Below are positions 9,304 to 19,528 of a stretch of 64,000 bases of DNA, piece by piece. Position 1 is the first letter of the stretch; each line of letters starts with the position of its first letter. This DNA is from Thiohalomonadales bacterium (GTDB taxonomy: Bacteria; Pseudomonadota; Gammaproteobacteria; UBA6429; Thiohalophilaceae), in NCBI GenBank assembly GCA_040235555.1, contig JBECKZ010000175.1, forward strand, positions 1,350-65,349, in the 5' to 3' direction. The notes beneath the pieces were generated by a model, which was not told the origin of the DNA, ran no database searches, and was given only the letters and a program-made list of their open reading frames with translations. A program made the position numbers and the translations under genes.

Positions 9304-10800
9304 TTATTTCATGGTGGGCAGCACAAACTCTGTATGTGCCGAGGGTTCGTCTGGCCAACGCGATGTCACGGTCTTGAGTCGGGTATAAAAACGCACCCCA
9401 TCGGGACCATGCACGTGCAGATTACCGAAAAGAGATCGTTTCCAACCACCAAAACTGTGATAAGCCATGGGCACGGGGATTGGAACATTGATACCAACCA
9501 TGCCCGCCTGCACGGCGTGACTAAAGCGACGCGCAATGCCACCATCACGGGTAAAGATCGCAGTACCATTACCGAATTCGTGTTCATTAATAAAACGCAG
9601 CGCAGTCTCGAAGTCGGGTACCCGCACGACCACCAGTACCGGACCGAAGATCTCTTCGCGGTAGATACGCATTTGTGGTGTCACGTGATCGAACAAACTA
9701 CCGCCGATGAAAAAGCCCTCTGCATGACCTGGTACATTCACGTCGCGTCCGTCCACTACCAGACTCGCCCCTTCATTGATTCCACTGTCAATGTACTCGC
9801 GTATGCGCGCTCGGTGTGCACCAGTCACCACTGGCCCCATCTCTGCTGTTTGATCCTCACCGGAACCTAGCTTGAGGGCACTTACCCGCGGTGCCAGTTT
9901 TTCAACCAGGCTATCTGCTACCTCACCGACAGCAACCGCAACCGATATCGCCATGCAGCGCTCCCCGGCCGACCCAAAGGCAGACCCCATCAGTGCATTG
10001 ACTGCCTGATCCAGATCGGCATCCGGCATCACGATCATATGATTCTTGGCACCACCCAGGGCCTGTACCCGTTTGCCGTGATGCGACGCGGTACGATAAA
10101 TGTATTCTGCGATGGGGGTGGACCCCACAAAACTGACGGCAGCCACATCCGGATCGGTCAGCAACACCTCCACCGCTTCTTTGTCACCATTGACGACATT
10201 AAATACCCCATCGGGTAAACCCGCTTCCTGCAGCAGTTCTGCCAGCCGCAAGGGGCAGGAGGGATCCCGTTCAGAGGGTTTGAGGACAAAGCTATTGCCG
10301 CAGGCCAGTGCGATCGGGAACATCCACATCGGTACCATGGCAGGAAAATTAAACGGGGTGATGCCGGCACACACGCCGAGTGGTTGCCGCAGTGACCAGC
10401 TGTCCACGCCGGTACCCACATTCTCCGAGTGTTCGCCCTTGAGCAGATGCGGGATCCCACAGGCAAACTCCACAACTTCGAGACCGCGCGTCACTTCACC
10501 TTCGGCATCGCTGAGCAACTTGCCATGTTCACGGGTAATCAATGCGGCCAACTCACCGGCATGCTTCTCCACCAGGTCACGAAAACGAAACATTATGCGG
10601 GCACGGCGTAAGGGGGTGGTCGCCGCCCATGCGGGAAAGGCCGCGTGGGCTGCCGCGATGGCTTGCCGGGTATCCTCAGCGTTGGCAAGCGCGACTTCAG
10701 CACTGACGGCACCGGTTGCCGGATTAAACACCGGGGCGCGGCGTTCACCAACGCCGTTGATATGACGACCGTTGATGAAGTGTTGCAGGGTGATTGTCAT
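9304..10800 (-). CDS. mmsA: CoA-acylating methylmalonate-semialdehyde dehydrogenase
   Basis: 498-aa aldehyde dehydrogenase. HFINGR at the N-terminus and [31 protein letters not shown] are characteristic of MmsA. Confidence 0.9.
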   Translation of the reverse strand: MTITLQHFINGRHINGVGERRAPVFNPATGAVSAEVALANAEDTRQAIAAAHAAFPAWAATTPLRRARIMFRFRDLVEKHAGELAALITREHGKLLSDAEGEVTRGLEVVEFACGIPHLLKGEHSENVGTGVDSWSLRQPLGVCAGITPFNFPAMVPMWMFPIALACGNSFVLKPSERDPSCPLRLAELLQEAGLPDGVFNVVNGDKEAVEVLLTDPDVAAVSFVGSTPIAEYIYRTASHHGKRVQALGGAKNHMIVMPDADLDQAVNALMGSAFGSAGERCMAISVAVAVGEVADSLVEKLAPRVSALKLGSGEDQTAEMGPVVTGAHRARIREYIDSGINEGASLVVDGRDVNVPGHAEGFFIGGSLFDHVTPQMRIYREEIFGPVLVVVRVPDFETALRFINEHEFGNGTAIFTRDGGIARRFSHAVQAGMVGINVPIPVPMAYHSFGGWKRSLFGNLHVHGPDGVRFYTRLKTVTSRWPDEPSAHTEFVLPTMK

Positions 10801-11506
10801 GTTTCACTACACGCCGAGGTATTCGTGCATGATCTGCGATTGCACATGCAATCACATCGGCGTGCCTGCATGAATCGAATGACTGTTTCTGAAGATCTAG
10901 TCATTTTTCGCATTGCACAGGACGTCTCCCAAATGTTATCGATATTAAGGTTAGTACGTTACTTGCCGGTGTGATTTTGCGACATTTCGCGCAAGTTTCG
11001 CACAATGAGCGACACCACTGTTTAAATCGGCATATACCATTAATATATGCCAATTATCCCGTAACGATGAACACCCATAGACCAGAACCATAATCATCCG
11101 GCGGAGTGATAGATAAACAACAAAGATATTTAGTGTATGCTGAGATAAATATCGTATACCAGATTCAGTTTGGCGATCGGATCGCCAATTATTTCGATAC
11201 TATTATCTTTCTCCCGCATTGCAACACAGCCTATGCGTGTGCCTATCGGGGGCTGATTAGTAAATTACTTTATGATAATACGTTTTATTCAGACGCCTAA
11301 AGCCAATATACAATATTACTGATAAAGTATCGTAGATTTACTGATACAGGTCATGATCCTACCTTGATACGCTATATTCAGGCTAACTATTTGAAAAACT
11401 AGCTACCCAGACCCAAAGAATACGACTAGTATTTGAAATGCAATCTTGAATGCCAATTCTCACCACACGATAAATCGAACCAAAATACGACCAGGAGGAG
11501 AAAATC

Positions 11507-12859
11507 ATGCAAGACGATAATTCGAATAATCACAACCGTGGCCGCCGCGATTTTATGCGGCTGGGCATCGGTATCGCCGGCGGGCTGGCCCTGCCGGGTG
11601 CATTCGTATCACGTGCATTAGCGGCGGAACATGCACCGATCGGCACATGGCCTGCAGGTGCGTCGGGCGACTCCGTGTTTATCGGTATGGCTGTACCACG
11701 CACCGGCGCTTATGCCGCACAAGGCGAAGACGAGCTCAAGGGCTGGCAACTGGCGATTGAGCATCTCAACAGTGGTCATGAGCTGATACGAAAGATCTCG
11801 CCCAAAACCAAGAAAGGCGTACTCGGCAAGAAAGTGAAATACGGTGTTGCCGATTCTGGCGCCAAGCCGAACAGGGGTGTGCAAGCTGCTCAGCGCTTCA
11901 TTACCGAGAACAAGGCAATCCTGATCACCGGCGCTACCTCGAGCGCGGTCGCGGTCGCACTCAACAAGCTTGCCCAGCGCGACAAGGTGTTGTACGTCAC
12001 CGGCATCTCCGGCTCGAACGACACCACCGGTAAGGACTGTGTGCGCTACGGCTTCCGCCAGTGTTTCTACGGCGAGACAGCCGCGAATGCCCTCGGCCCG
12101 GTCCTGATTAAGGCCTATGGCAAAGGCCGCAAAATGGCGTTCATGACACCAGACTACACCTATGGCCACACCGTCACCAAATCGATGAGCGAGTATCTCA
12201 TCAAGAACGGTGGCTGGAAGATGGTGACCAACCAGGTTTCCCCACTCGGTGCCCCCGACTTCAGCTCCTACCTGACCAACATTGCCAATTCCGGCGCCGA
12301 AGTCCTGATTAACGTCAACTGGGGCCACGATGCCGTGCTGTCGACGCAACAGGCAAAGCAGTTTGGTCTGCTGCCGAAGATGAAACTGGCGTTCCCGTAT
12401 CAGATACCATTCCTCGCCAAGGAAGTAGGCCCGGAAATTACGGAGGGTGTCTACGCGGCAACCGATTTCTGGTGGACGCTTGAGGACAAGTATCCGATAG
12501 CGAAGATGTTCGTCGAGGAGTTTCAGAAGAAGTACGGCTACCGCCCGGAATGGACCGCGGAAAATGGCTACATGTCGATCGCCATGTGGGCAGATGCGGT
12601 GGAACACGCCGGCACTTTCTATCCACCAGCCGTCATCAAGTCCTTCGAAGCTGGTCGTACCCTCCATTCAATGGTCGGTACGGAGCACATGCGCGCGGCG
12701 GATCACCAGATGGTGCGTCCGGTCATCATCGTCAAAGGCAAGGCACCGAAAGACATGCGTAACAAGGAAGACTTCTGGGAGGTCACCGAGGTCGTCCCCG
12801 GCGCACCCTTGATGCAAAAGCCAGATGCGTTTGGGTGTAAACTAGGTCCATATACCTGA
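11507..12859 (+). CDS. ABC transporter substrate-binding protein (Leu/Ile/Val/amide-binding family) with Tat signal
   Basis: AGGAGGAG RBS. Twin-arginine motif RRDFMRLG. Type I periplasmic-binding-protein-like sequence (GVADSGAKP..., VLYVTG...). Confidence 0.85.
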   Translation: MQDDNSNNHNRGRRDFMRLGIGIAGGLALPGAFVSRALAAEHAPIGTWPAGASGDSVFIGMAVPRTGAYAAQGEDELKGWQLAIEHLNSGHELIRKISPKTKKGVLGKKVKYGVADSGAKPNRGVQAAQRFITENKAILITGATSSAVAVALNKLAQRDKVLYVTGISGSNDTTGKDCVRYGFRQCFYGETAANALGPVLIKAYGKGRKMAFMTPDYTYGHTVTKSMSEYLIKNGGWKMVTNQVSPLGAPDFSSYLTNIANSGAEVLINVNWGHDAVLSTQQAKQFGLLPKMKLAFPYQIPFLAKEVGPEITEGVYAATDFWWTLEDKYPIAKMFVEEFQKKYGYRPEWTAENGYMSIAMWADAVEHAGTFYPPAVIKSFEAGRTLHSMVGTEHMRAADHQMVRPVIIVKGKAPKDMRNKEDFWEVTEVVPGAPLMQKPDAFGCKLGPYT

Positions 12860-12879
12860 GGTCGACTCGCATAAACGGC

Positions 12880-12908
12880 CATCGTGGGCGGCCTCGCCGC
12901 TCACGATG
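12880..12908 (+). other. intercistronic stem-loop between the binding-protein and permease genes
   Basis: CATCGTGGGCGG-cctcg-CCGCTCACGATG forms a 12-bp stem with one mismatch. Confidence 0.4.
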
Positions 12909-12973
12909 TCTGATTTGCGCTCTTAATGGATTCGTTTTAACCCAACAATAGTTTTTGTTTCAATACGCAGACG

Positions 12974-13849
12974 ATGGTTACCTGGGCAAATTTTCTTTCG
13001 CAGTTATTCAACGGCCTCGCCCTCGGGGCACTGCTGGCACTGATCAGTTCCGGACTCACAATCATTTACGGCACGCTCGGTGTGCTGAATCTTGCGCACG
13101 GCGCCATGTTCATGCTCGGCGGTTACGCCGGTTATGTGGCGTACGAGAAAACCGGCTCATACATCGTGGCGGTGATTGTTGGCACACTGTTCGTAGGCAT
13201 AGTTGGCGTGGTAATGGAGCGGGTTATTATTCGACGCTTCTATCATCGGCCGCCCGAAGACCAGCTGCTGGTCACCTTCGGCCTGGCGATCTTCTTCGTG
13301 GAAATCGTTCGCTATTTCTTTTCGAGCCTGAGCAAGACCGTGCCACCACCGTCAATATTCTCAGGTATTACCTCGCTCGGGGTCATGTTCTATCCAACAT
13401 ATCGGCTCGCCGTAGTTGGTATCGTCGCCGTCGCACTTCTCGTGTTGTTCCTCGTGTTGTACAAAACACGCCTTGGCCTGATCGTGCGCGCGGGTATCGA
13501 GGACTCGGAAATGGTCGATTCGCTTGGCATCAACGTCGACCGGATCTTCATGCTGGTGTTCGGGATTGGATCGATGGCAGCAGGCTTTGCCGGTATCGTC
13601 AATGCCCCGGTGGTCTCACTCACACCCGATGTCGGTGAGGCGATCCTGGTGCAGACGTTCGTGGTCGTGGTGATCGGCGGCGTCGGCTCATTCCCGGGCG
13701 CCGTGCTCGGCGGCCTGATCGCCGGCGAGATCATCAGCATTACCTCGATGTTTAACCCCGGTTATGCCTACGTCATGCTATTCGCGGCCATGACACTGGT
13801 ACTGATGTTCCGCCCGCAGGGATTGCTCGGCACTCTGGGTCGCGAGTGA
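12974..13849 (+). CDS. branched-chain-type ABC permease (LivH-like)
   Basis: 291 aa. The N-terminal QLFNGLALGALLALISSGLTIIYG is typical of LivH-family permeases. Confidence 0.85.
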   Translation: MVTWANFLSQLFNGLALGALLALISSGLTIIYGTLGVLNLAHGAMFMLGGYAGYVAYEKTGSYIVAVIVGTLFVGIVGVVMERVIIRRFYHRPPEDQLLVTFGLAIFFVEIVRYFFSSLSKTVPPPSIFSGITSLGVMFYPTYRLAVVGIVAVALLVLFLVLYKTRLGLIVRAGIEDSEMVDSLGINVDRIFMLVFGIGSMAAGFAGIVNAPVVSLTPDVGEAILVQTFVVVVIGGVGSFPGAVLGGLIAGEIISITSMFNPGYAYVMLFAAMTLVLMFRPQGLLGTLGRE

Positions 13850-13862
13850 AGGTAAACAACTG

Positions 13863-15746
13863 ATGCTTGGACACCGGCGATTTGTGGTTGAGTTGTTGAC
13901 GGCGGCTGGCCTGATTGTGGCACCGTTCGTGTTGCCGGCACTGGATTTCGCACCGGACACAGTGAATCGTATCCTGGTCTGGGGCCTGTTCGGCATCGGC
14001 TTCGACATCCTGTTCGGGTACACCGGCCTGCTCTCGTTCGGTCAGTCGGCCCTGTATGGTACCGGCGGCATGGTCTGCGCCTACCTGCTCACCGTAGCGG
14101 GCTTCCCGCATATCGTACTCGCATTGATCATCGGTATGCTGGTCGCGGCCGTAGTCGGTTACCTGGTCGGGTTGATGGCGCTACGCCGCACCGGCATCTA
14201 CTTCGCCATGATCACTGTGGCCATCGCGGAGATCTTCTATTTTGTCGAATTCAATCCACTGGCACATTGGACAGGTGGCGAGAACGGATTGCCCGGCATT
14301 CCATCACCGGTCATTGACCTGGGATTTACCAAGCTGCACTTCACCACCGGCTGGTCATTCTACCCGTTCATCGCGTTCTTCTACTTCCTCGGCATCGTGA
14401 TCGCACTGCGCATCGTGCGTTCCCCGGTCGGCGTGATACTACGCGCAATCCGCGAAAATCCGCTGCGCGCCGCTGCCATCGGCCATAGCGTGCAGAGCTA
14501 CAAACTCACTGCCTTCGTCATCGCCGCCGCCTACGCCGGCATCGCGGGTGGCCTCCTCGGCGTGATGCAAGGCTTCATGCCACCCGACGCTTTCACCTTT
14601 GATACCTCCGGCCAACTCGTTATCCAGACCGCAATCGGCGGTCGCGCGACGCTGTTCGGCCCTCTTGTTGGCGCCACGGTCTGGTTGTACCTGCGTGATT
14701 TTTTGCAGGCGACCCTCGGGCTTGGCGCGACCTGGAAATTGGTACTCGGCGCAGTCTTTGTGCTGCTGGTGGTGTTCCTGCGCCAGGGCATCATCGGCGG
14801 CCTGACGGATCTCTATCATTTCATACGCCGCGGGGCCAAGGCACATAGCGAGCCGGAAGAGGCCGAACCGATCCTCGGGCTAACTGCAGCGGAAGAACAG
14901 AAAGAGGCCGAGGACGAGGTTGAGCGCGAACCGGTTCCGGAGCCGTTACCGGGACACTATCATTCGGCCGACGCCTTCAAGGGACCGATCCTGCAGGTGA
15001 CCGGCCTCAGTAAGCATTACGGTGGCCTTGTAGCCAACGCCGACATCAATTTCTCGGTGAACGAGGGCGAATTACTCGGCATCATCGGTCCGAACGGGGC
15101 TGGCAAGTCGACCTTCTTCAAGATGCTCACCTGCGAGGTGCACCCGAGCGCAGGCAAAATCGAGTTCGAGGGTCGCGACATCACAGGCATGAGCGTCTCC
15201 GACGTGTGCCAGCTTGGCCTCACCAAAAGCTACCAGGTCAACCAGCTCTTCAACGAGCTGACCGTGCGCGAAAACCTCATCATCGCCGCACTTGGCGAGC
15301 GGCGCGGCAAGTTCAAGCTCGACATGCTGAGCAGCCTCACAAGTGTACATGGACTGGAAGAGCAGGTTCGGCATACACTCGATCTTGTTCACCTCACCGC
15401 CCGTGCCGACGTACCGGTCTCCGATCTGGCGTACGGTGAAAAGCGGCGGCTCGAGGTGGGCCTTGCATTGGCGACATCACCGACCCTCTTGCTGCTCGAC
15501 GAACCGCTCGCCGGCATGAGTCCGCGCGAGCGCGTGGAGACGGTTGCGCTGCTCAAATCGATCAGTAAGGGGCGCACGCTGGTTATCATCGACCATGACA
15601 TGGATTCGCTGTTTGAGCTGGCCGAGCGCATCACGGTACTGAATCAGGGCCGCGTCCTGGTCGAAGGCACACCCGACGAAATCAAGAACAATGCCGAAGT
15701 TCAGGAAGCCTACCTTGGTGGCGTACACGGAGTGGTCGACCCATGA
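13863..15746 (+). CDS. fused LivM-like permease / LivG-like ATPase
   Basis: The N-terminal ~330 aa are polytopic (GYTGLLSFGQSALYG). An acidic linker follows (EPEEAEP...EEQKEAEDEVERE). The C-terminal half is an ABC ATPase with GPNGAGKST and LLLDEP. Confidence 0.85.
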   Translation: MLGHRRFVVELLTAAGLIVAPFVLPALDFAPDTVNRILVWGLFGIGFDILFGYTGLLSFGQSALYGTGGMVCAYLLTVAGFPHIVLALIIGMLVAAVVGYLVGLMALRRTGIYFAMITVAIAEIFYFVEFNPLAHWTGGENGLPGIPSPVIDLGFTKLHFTTGWSFYPFIAFFYFLGIVIALRIVRSPVGVILRAIRENPLRAAAIGHSVQSYKLTAFVIAAAYAGIAGGLLGVMQGFMPPDAFTFDTSGQLVIQTAIGGRATLFGPLVGATVWLYLRDFLQATLGLGATWKLVLGAVFVLLVVFLRQGIIGGLTDLYHFIRRGAKAHSEPEEAEPILGLTAAEEQKEAEDEVEREPVPEPLPGHYHSADAFKGPILQVTGLSKHYGGLVANADINFSVNEGELLGIIGPNGAGKSTFFKMLTCEVHPSAGKIEFEGRDITGMSVSDVCQLGLTKSYQVNQLFNELTVRENLIIAALGERRGKFKLDMLSSLTSVHGLEEQVRHTLDLVHLTARADVPVSDLAYGEKRRLEVGLALATSPTLLLLDEPLAGMSPRERVETVALLKSISKGRTLVIIDHDMDSLFELAERITVLNQGRVLVEGTPDEIKNNAEVQEAYLGGVHGVVDP

Positions 15747-16441
15747 GCCTGCTGGAGGTCAAAGATCTAAACAGCTACTACGGTGACTCGCACATCCTCT
15801 TCGACGTCTCGCTACGCGTCGAGAAGAACGAGGTAGTCGCGCTACTCGGCCACAACGGCGCTGGCAAGAGCACGACCTTGAAGAGCCTGATGGGCGTGGT
15901 CACTCCACGTGCGGGTTCGGTGATGTTTGACGGCGTAGAGATCGCCGGCAAAAAGAGCCACGCCATCGCGCAATTGGGCATGCAGCTCGTACATGAGGAT
16001 CGGCGTATCTTCGGCAGCCTCAACGTCGAGGAAAACCTGCTGCTCGCCGGATTGACGGCGCAGAACAAATGGCCGCTCGAACGCATCTACGAGATGTTCC
16101 CGCGGCTCGAGGAACGGCGCACGAGCCGCGGTACGGATCTCTCGGGTGGTGAGCAGCAGATGCTGGCGATCGCCCGCGCACTTATCCGCGATCCGAAGAT
16201 CATCTTGTTGGACGAGCCGTTCGAAGGCCTCGCACCGGTGATCGTGCGCGACCTGATGACGGCATGTCGTAATCTCGCGGACGCTGGGCAGACGATCGTG
16301 CTCGTGGAGCAGAACCTCGCTGCCACGCTCTCGCTCGCACATCGCGTATATATCATCAACAACGGGCACATCGCGCACGAAGGCCCGGCTGACGAAATCA
16401 AAGCGCAGCCGGAAGTCCTGCAGCGTTATCTTGGCGTGTAA
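15743..16441 (+). CDS. LivF-like ABC ATP-binding protein
   Basis: ATGA overlap with the upstream gene. Walker A GHNGAGKST, signature LSGGEQQ, Walker B ILLDEP. Confidence 0.85.
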   Translation: MSLLEVKDLNSYYGDSHILFDVSLRVEKNEVVALLGHNGAGKSTTLKSLMGVVTPRAGSVMFDGVEIAGKKSHAIAQLGMQLVHEDRRIFGSLNVEENLLLAGLTAQNKWPLERIYEMFPRLEERRTSRGTDLSGGEQQMLAIARALIRDPKIILLDEPFEGLAPVIVRDLMTACRNLADAGQTIVLVEQNLAATLSLAHRVYIINNGHIAHEGPADEIKAQPEVLQRYLGV

Positions 16442-16450
16442 ACACCTTGT

Positions 16451-16530
16451 AATTTGTTCAAAAACAACTGCGCTTGCCATGGCTGCGTTATAAAAGTACT
16501 CAAAATCCTCATTACGTTTTTGAACAAACT
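16451..16530. repeat. 13-bp perfect inverted repeat flanking a 50-nt spacer between convergent genes
   Basis: TTTGTTCAAAAAC (16453-16465) and GTTTTTGAACAAA (16516-16528), read directly. Confidence 0.6.
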
Positions 16531-16563
16531 GCTAGGCCGACTTCACGGTCGTGGCGCTGGTGC

Positions 16564-17265
16564 TTAACCTAATAACATCCGTGGCAGTTCCGCGAGATTC
16601 GCGAGAACGGCGTCCGGTTCGTTGCCGAGTCGCTCGAGTGGTGCGCCTGCGCGGTTGATCCAGAAGGTGTAAAAGCCAAAGCTCTTTGCCCCACCAGCAT
16701 CCCAGCCGTTCGAAGTCAGAAACAAAATCTGCTCACGCGACAGAGCCAATTGCTCAACCGCTAACTGGTACACCCGCGGATCCGGTTTATAAACACCGAC
16801 CTTCTCCACCGAGAGCACTGCCTCAAATGTTGCCTGCAGTCGCGAATTTTCGACTGCCGCCCTCAGCATGGCAGGTGAGCCATTGGATAAAATTGCCAGT
16901 CGCAATCCTTTCTCGCGCAACGCTGCTAGAGTCGCCGTGACTTCCGGATAGGTTGATAGTTTCAGATAGGCTTGCATTAGTGCATCACGCAATCCGGATT
17001 GTGTTGCACTATGTATATCGATGCCATGCTGTTCCAGCGCAAAATCCAATGCCTCCCCCGTCACTTCCCAAAAATCGGTGTGCCGCTGCATCAGACTGCG
17101 TAACCAGGTGTATTCAAGTTGCTTGCTGCGCCAGGTGGCTGATACAGCATCAGCTTGTTGTCCCAGTCGCGCAGAGTGTGCGCCGACGGCGGAGTGGACA
17201 TCAAACAGTGTGCCATAGGCGTCAAACACGCAAGCCTTGATGTCACGAAGCTCTTGTTCAGACAT
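16564..17265 (-). CDS. type II (L-2-) haloacid dehalogenase
   Basis: CVFDAYGTLFDVHS nucleophile motif and a LSNG motif. Length 233 aa. Confidence 0.85.
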   Translation of the reverse strand: MSEQELRDIKACVFDAYGTLFDVHSAVGAHSARLGQQADAVSATWRSKQLEYTWLRSLMQRHTDFWEVTGEALDFALEQHGIDIHSATQSGLRDALMQAYLKLSTYPEVTATLAALREKGLRLAILSNGSPAMLRAAVENSRLQATFEAVLSVEKVGVYKPDPRVYQLAVEQLALSREQILFLTSNGWDAGGAKSFGFYTFWINRAGAPLERLGNEPDAVLANLAELPRMLLG

Positions 17266-17298
17266 ACGCCACCTAGTTTTCCGGTTAAACCAACCTGT

Positions 17299-17982
17299 TC
17301 AGTTCATTAACGGCAGAAAAAAGCTTTTTCCGAATAGCGCCGCTTCCGGTAGCGTGAACAGAGAAATATTTTCCTCATCGCCGTGTTGCCACGCCTGCGC
17401 GGCATGTCGGTCTTTGAGAAAAACCATCTCCAGGCACATACTGTGTGCTGCCACAGCCGACGGTATTTGCCAGCGAATACCAATAGTCACTTCCGAGCCA
17501 GGGTGAATCTCAAGAATCTTAGTGTTGTGCATGCGAATCACGATGGGAGTGTGACTGACATGACAGATAGATTCAATCCGCACATTGGTTGTGAACATAG
17601 GTGCAACAGATACTGCATCAAGTGCGCACATGGCATACAGTGAGTGCCCGTTGAGAGTCACTTTGTGCGGGGTGACTTCGCTGGTGAGGGGATACGCCCC
17701 CAGTATCTGCTCACTGTGCGATGCAAGTACGACCAAATCATCTTGTCCGAGTCGTTGCAGGCCTTTATGCAAATCCTGTAAGTCGACCATTTTCCTTAGC
17801 GCATTGCTATCGGGAGGCCGACCTTGCGTGGCCAGAAAGCGTAAAATCTGTTGATGCAAACTTTTCCATCGAGGCAATAACGCATCCTGTCGTGCCTTCA
17901 AGGGAAGTTGGGAATTCAAACGCGTCACTGCCGCCTGTATTAAAGCATGTTTATCTGACTGCAAACTTGCCGCTATGGTCAT
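17299..17982 (-). CDS. MerB-like (alkylmercury lyase family) protein
   Basis: YAMCALDAV keeps the Cys-x-x-Asp arrangement of MerB Cys96/Asp99, and HSMCLEMVF is a candidate for the second Cys. The start is moved to M28 to avoid overlap with the upstream OMP gene. Confidence 0.6.
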   Translation of the reverse strand: MTIAASLQSDKHALIQAAVTRLNSQLPLKARQDALLPRWKSLHQQILRFLATQGRPPDSNALRKMVDLQDLHKGLQRLGQDDLVVLASHSEQILGAYPLTSEVTPHKVTLNGHSLYAMCALDAVSVAPMFTTNVRIESICHVSHTPIVIRMHNTKILEIHPGSEVTIGIRWQIPSAVAAHSMCLEMVFLKDRHAAQAWQHGDEENISLFTLPEAALFGKSFFLPLMN

Positions 17983-17998
17983 GAGGCTGATGGAATAA

Positions 17999-18679
17999 TT
18001 AAAAAATATACCGCCAGCCCACAAGCAGCAAATCACCGCCGAGGTTGGCATTACTGATACCAAATCCGCTAAAACTGCCCTTCAAGTCGAAATGGCGCAA
18101 ATCCACAGACAACCCCCAGTTGCTGAACATAAAATTCATCCCTACGCCATAGTATGGCTCTATCCTGCTATCACTGTCTTCATAGGTACCCGGGAAACCA
18201 AGGACACTGCCAGACACGACCATTCTGGTCCGAAAATAACCAAGCCCTGCCGAAACATAACCTCGGACCGGCCGGTTAGCCGGATAAAACGCCCGCAACC
18301 CGACTAAAAACGCATCTGTCTGCACACTGGTATCATTATCGATCACTCCCCACAACGGTGCCCCAACCGGCGTGTCGTAATCGCGATTCGCAAACATCAG
18401 CTCAAGATCCAGTCCCAGATAAGGATGATTCGCAAATTCCGCACCTAAACCCAGTCCAAGACCATATTTATTGCGGATACCAACGAATTGTGGTTCCTCT
18501 GCTACGTCGTATCGGCCGGCATAGACACTGACGGACCAGGCGCCGGGTTTGAATACCGCAGCAAGGTTCACCGCGGGAGACGTTCCACTGCCCTCTGTAC
18601 TGCTAGCACCCTCATCGGCAGCGGCATAGTGTACCCAGCCAACCACTAACATTAATACAAGTACAATGCGTCGATGCAT
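17999..18679 (-). CDS. small outer-membrane beta-barrel protein
   Basis: Signal peptide MHRRIVLVLMLVVGWVHYAAA, alternating beta pattern, C-terminal GWRYIF. The exact start is uncertain (18679-18739). Confidence 0.65.
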   Translation of the reverse strand: MHRRIVLVLMLVVGWVHYAAADEGASSTEGSGTSPAVNLAAVFKPGAWSVSVYAGRYDVAEEPQFVGIRNKYGLGLGLGAEFANHPYLGLDLELMFANRDYDTPVGAPLWGVIDNDTSVQTDAFLVGLRAFYPANRPVRGYVSAGLGYFRTRMVVSGSVLGFPGTYEDSDSRIEPYYGVGMNFMFSNWGLSVDLRHFDLKGSFSGFGISNANLGGDLLLVGWRYIF

Positions 18680-18874
18680 ACAAAACCTCATCACAACTAT
18701 TTGACAACCTGAATATATCACGCCTGTCATGTGCGTCATGAGCAGTGAAATTGACCCACATCAACTTAGCAAATAAAACGACTATCCGAACAGAGTCAAA
18801 CAAACCGCCGATTTTGATTAACAAAAGTCATCTACCCGGGATTATCTGGCTGCTAAACTGTAACGGTAAGAATC

Positions 18875-19528
18875 GTGAGCGAGAAGATGCAGGAGATACC
18901 AGATATTCAGTCAGAGTCGGTACGAGCACGCCTGTTACAAGCTGCTCTGGATTGTTTTCTGGCGGACGAATACCACAAAGTGACAACTCGCCAGATCGCG
19001 GAAAGAGCCGGTGCCAACATTTCCATGATCCGATATTACTTCGGTAACAAGGAAGGGCTGTATGAAGAGATGATCCGCGAAACATTAAACCCGCTGCTGA
19101 AGGTACTCGACGGTGAATTATTGTCATCAACTTCGGGTTTTACTGACTATCTACGTCTGTACTACGAAACCATGATCGCCAAACCCGAATTTCCCAGACT
19201 GATCCTGAAAGTACTGGCACTCAACCATGGTCCTGGACGTCGTTTTATCCAGCAATTACTCGAGCGTGGTCGTACCCGTGGTATGCAACGAATAGAGGAT
19301 CTCAAGCGCAACGGTCAGATCCCGGCCTCTGTGGACCCGGATATTGTGCGTCTTGCCTTTGTCAGCCTGGCGATGACGCCAATGCTGCTCAAGGAAATTT
19401 TGGAAGAGCAAATGGATCGTAAAATGGATAGTGGATTTCTGTCAGAACTGTCACGTTTTAATGGTCAGCTCTTCACCGCCGGGCTCGCACCTGTCGAGAA
19501 AAAATACTCAAGAGAAAACCTAAGATGA
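18875..19528 (+). CDS. TetR/AcrR family transcriptional regulator
   Basis: HTH segment TTRQIAERAGANISMIRYYFGNKEGLY. Confidence 0.85.
   Translation: MSEKMQEIPDIQSESVRARLLQAALDCFLADEYHKVTTRQIAERAGANISMIRYYFGNKEGLYEEMIRETLNPLLKVLDGELLSSTSGFTDYLRLYYETMIAKPEFPRLILKVLALNHGPGRRFIQQLLERGRTRGMQRIEDLKRNGQIPASVDPDIVRLAFVSLAMTPMLLKEILEEQMDRKMDSGFLSELSRFNGQLFTAGLAPVEKKYSRENLR

Noticed and set aside
11439-11455. Sigma-54-like element TGGCAT-TCAAGA-TTGCA on the minus strand
   Set aside because: The GG..GC spacing is one nucleotide too long. It points toward mmsA from more than 600 nt away, so it is unlikely to be functional.
11618-12667. 349-aa ORF antisense to the ABC substrate-binding-protein gene
   Set aside because: It is a shadow ORF in GC-rich coding DNA. 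The opposite strand encodes a protein with clear family features, an RBS and a Tat signal. The antisense product is Arg/Gly/Ala-rich with no recognisable motif. The same reasoning applies to 10100-10765, 9244-9870, 12955-13638, 15842-16480, 14439-14846, 34918-35349, 35346-35802, 37115-37588, 42119-42586, 45169-45684, 46255-46650, 47019-47399, 48489-48998 and similar track entries.
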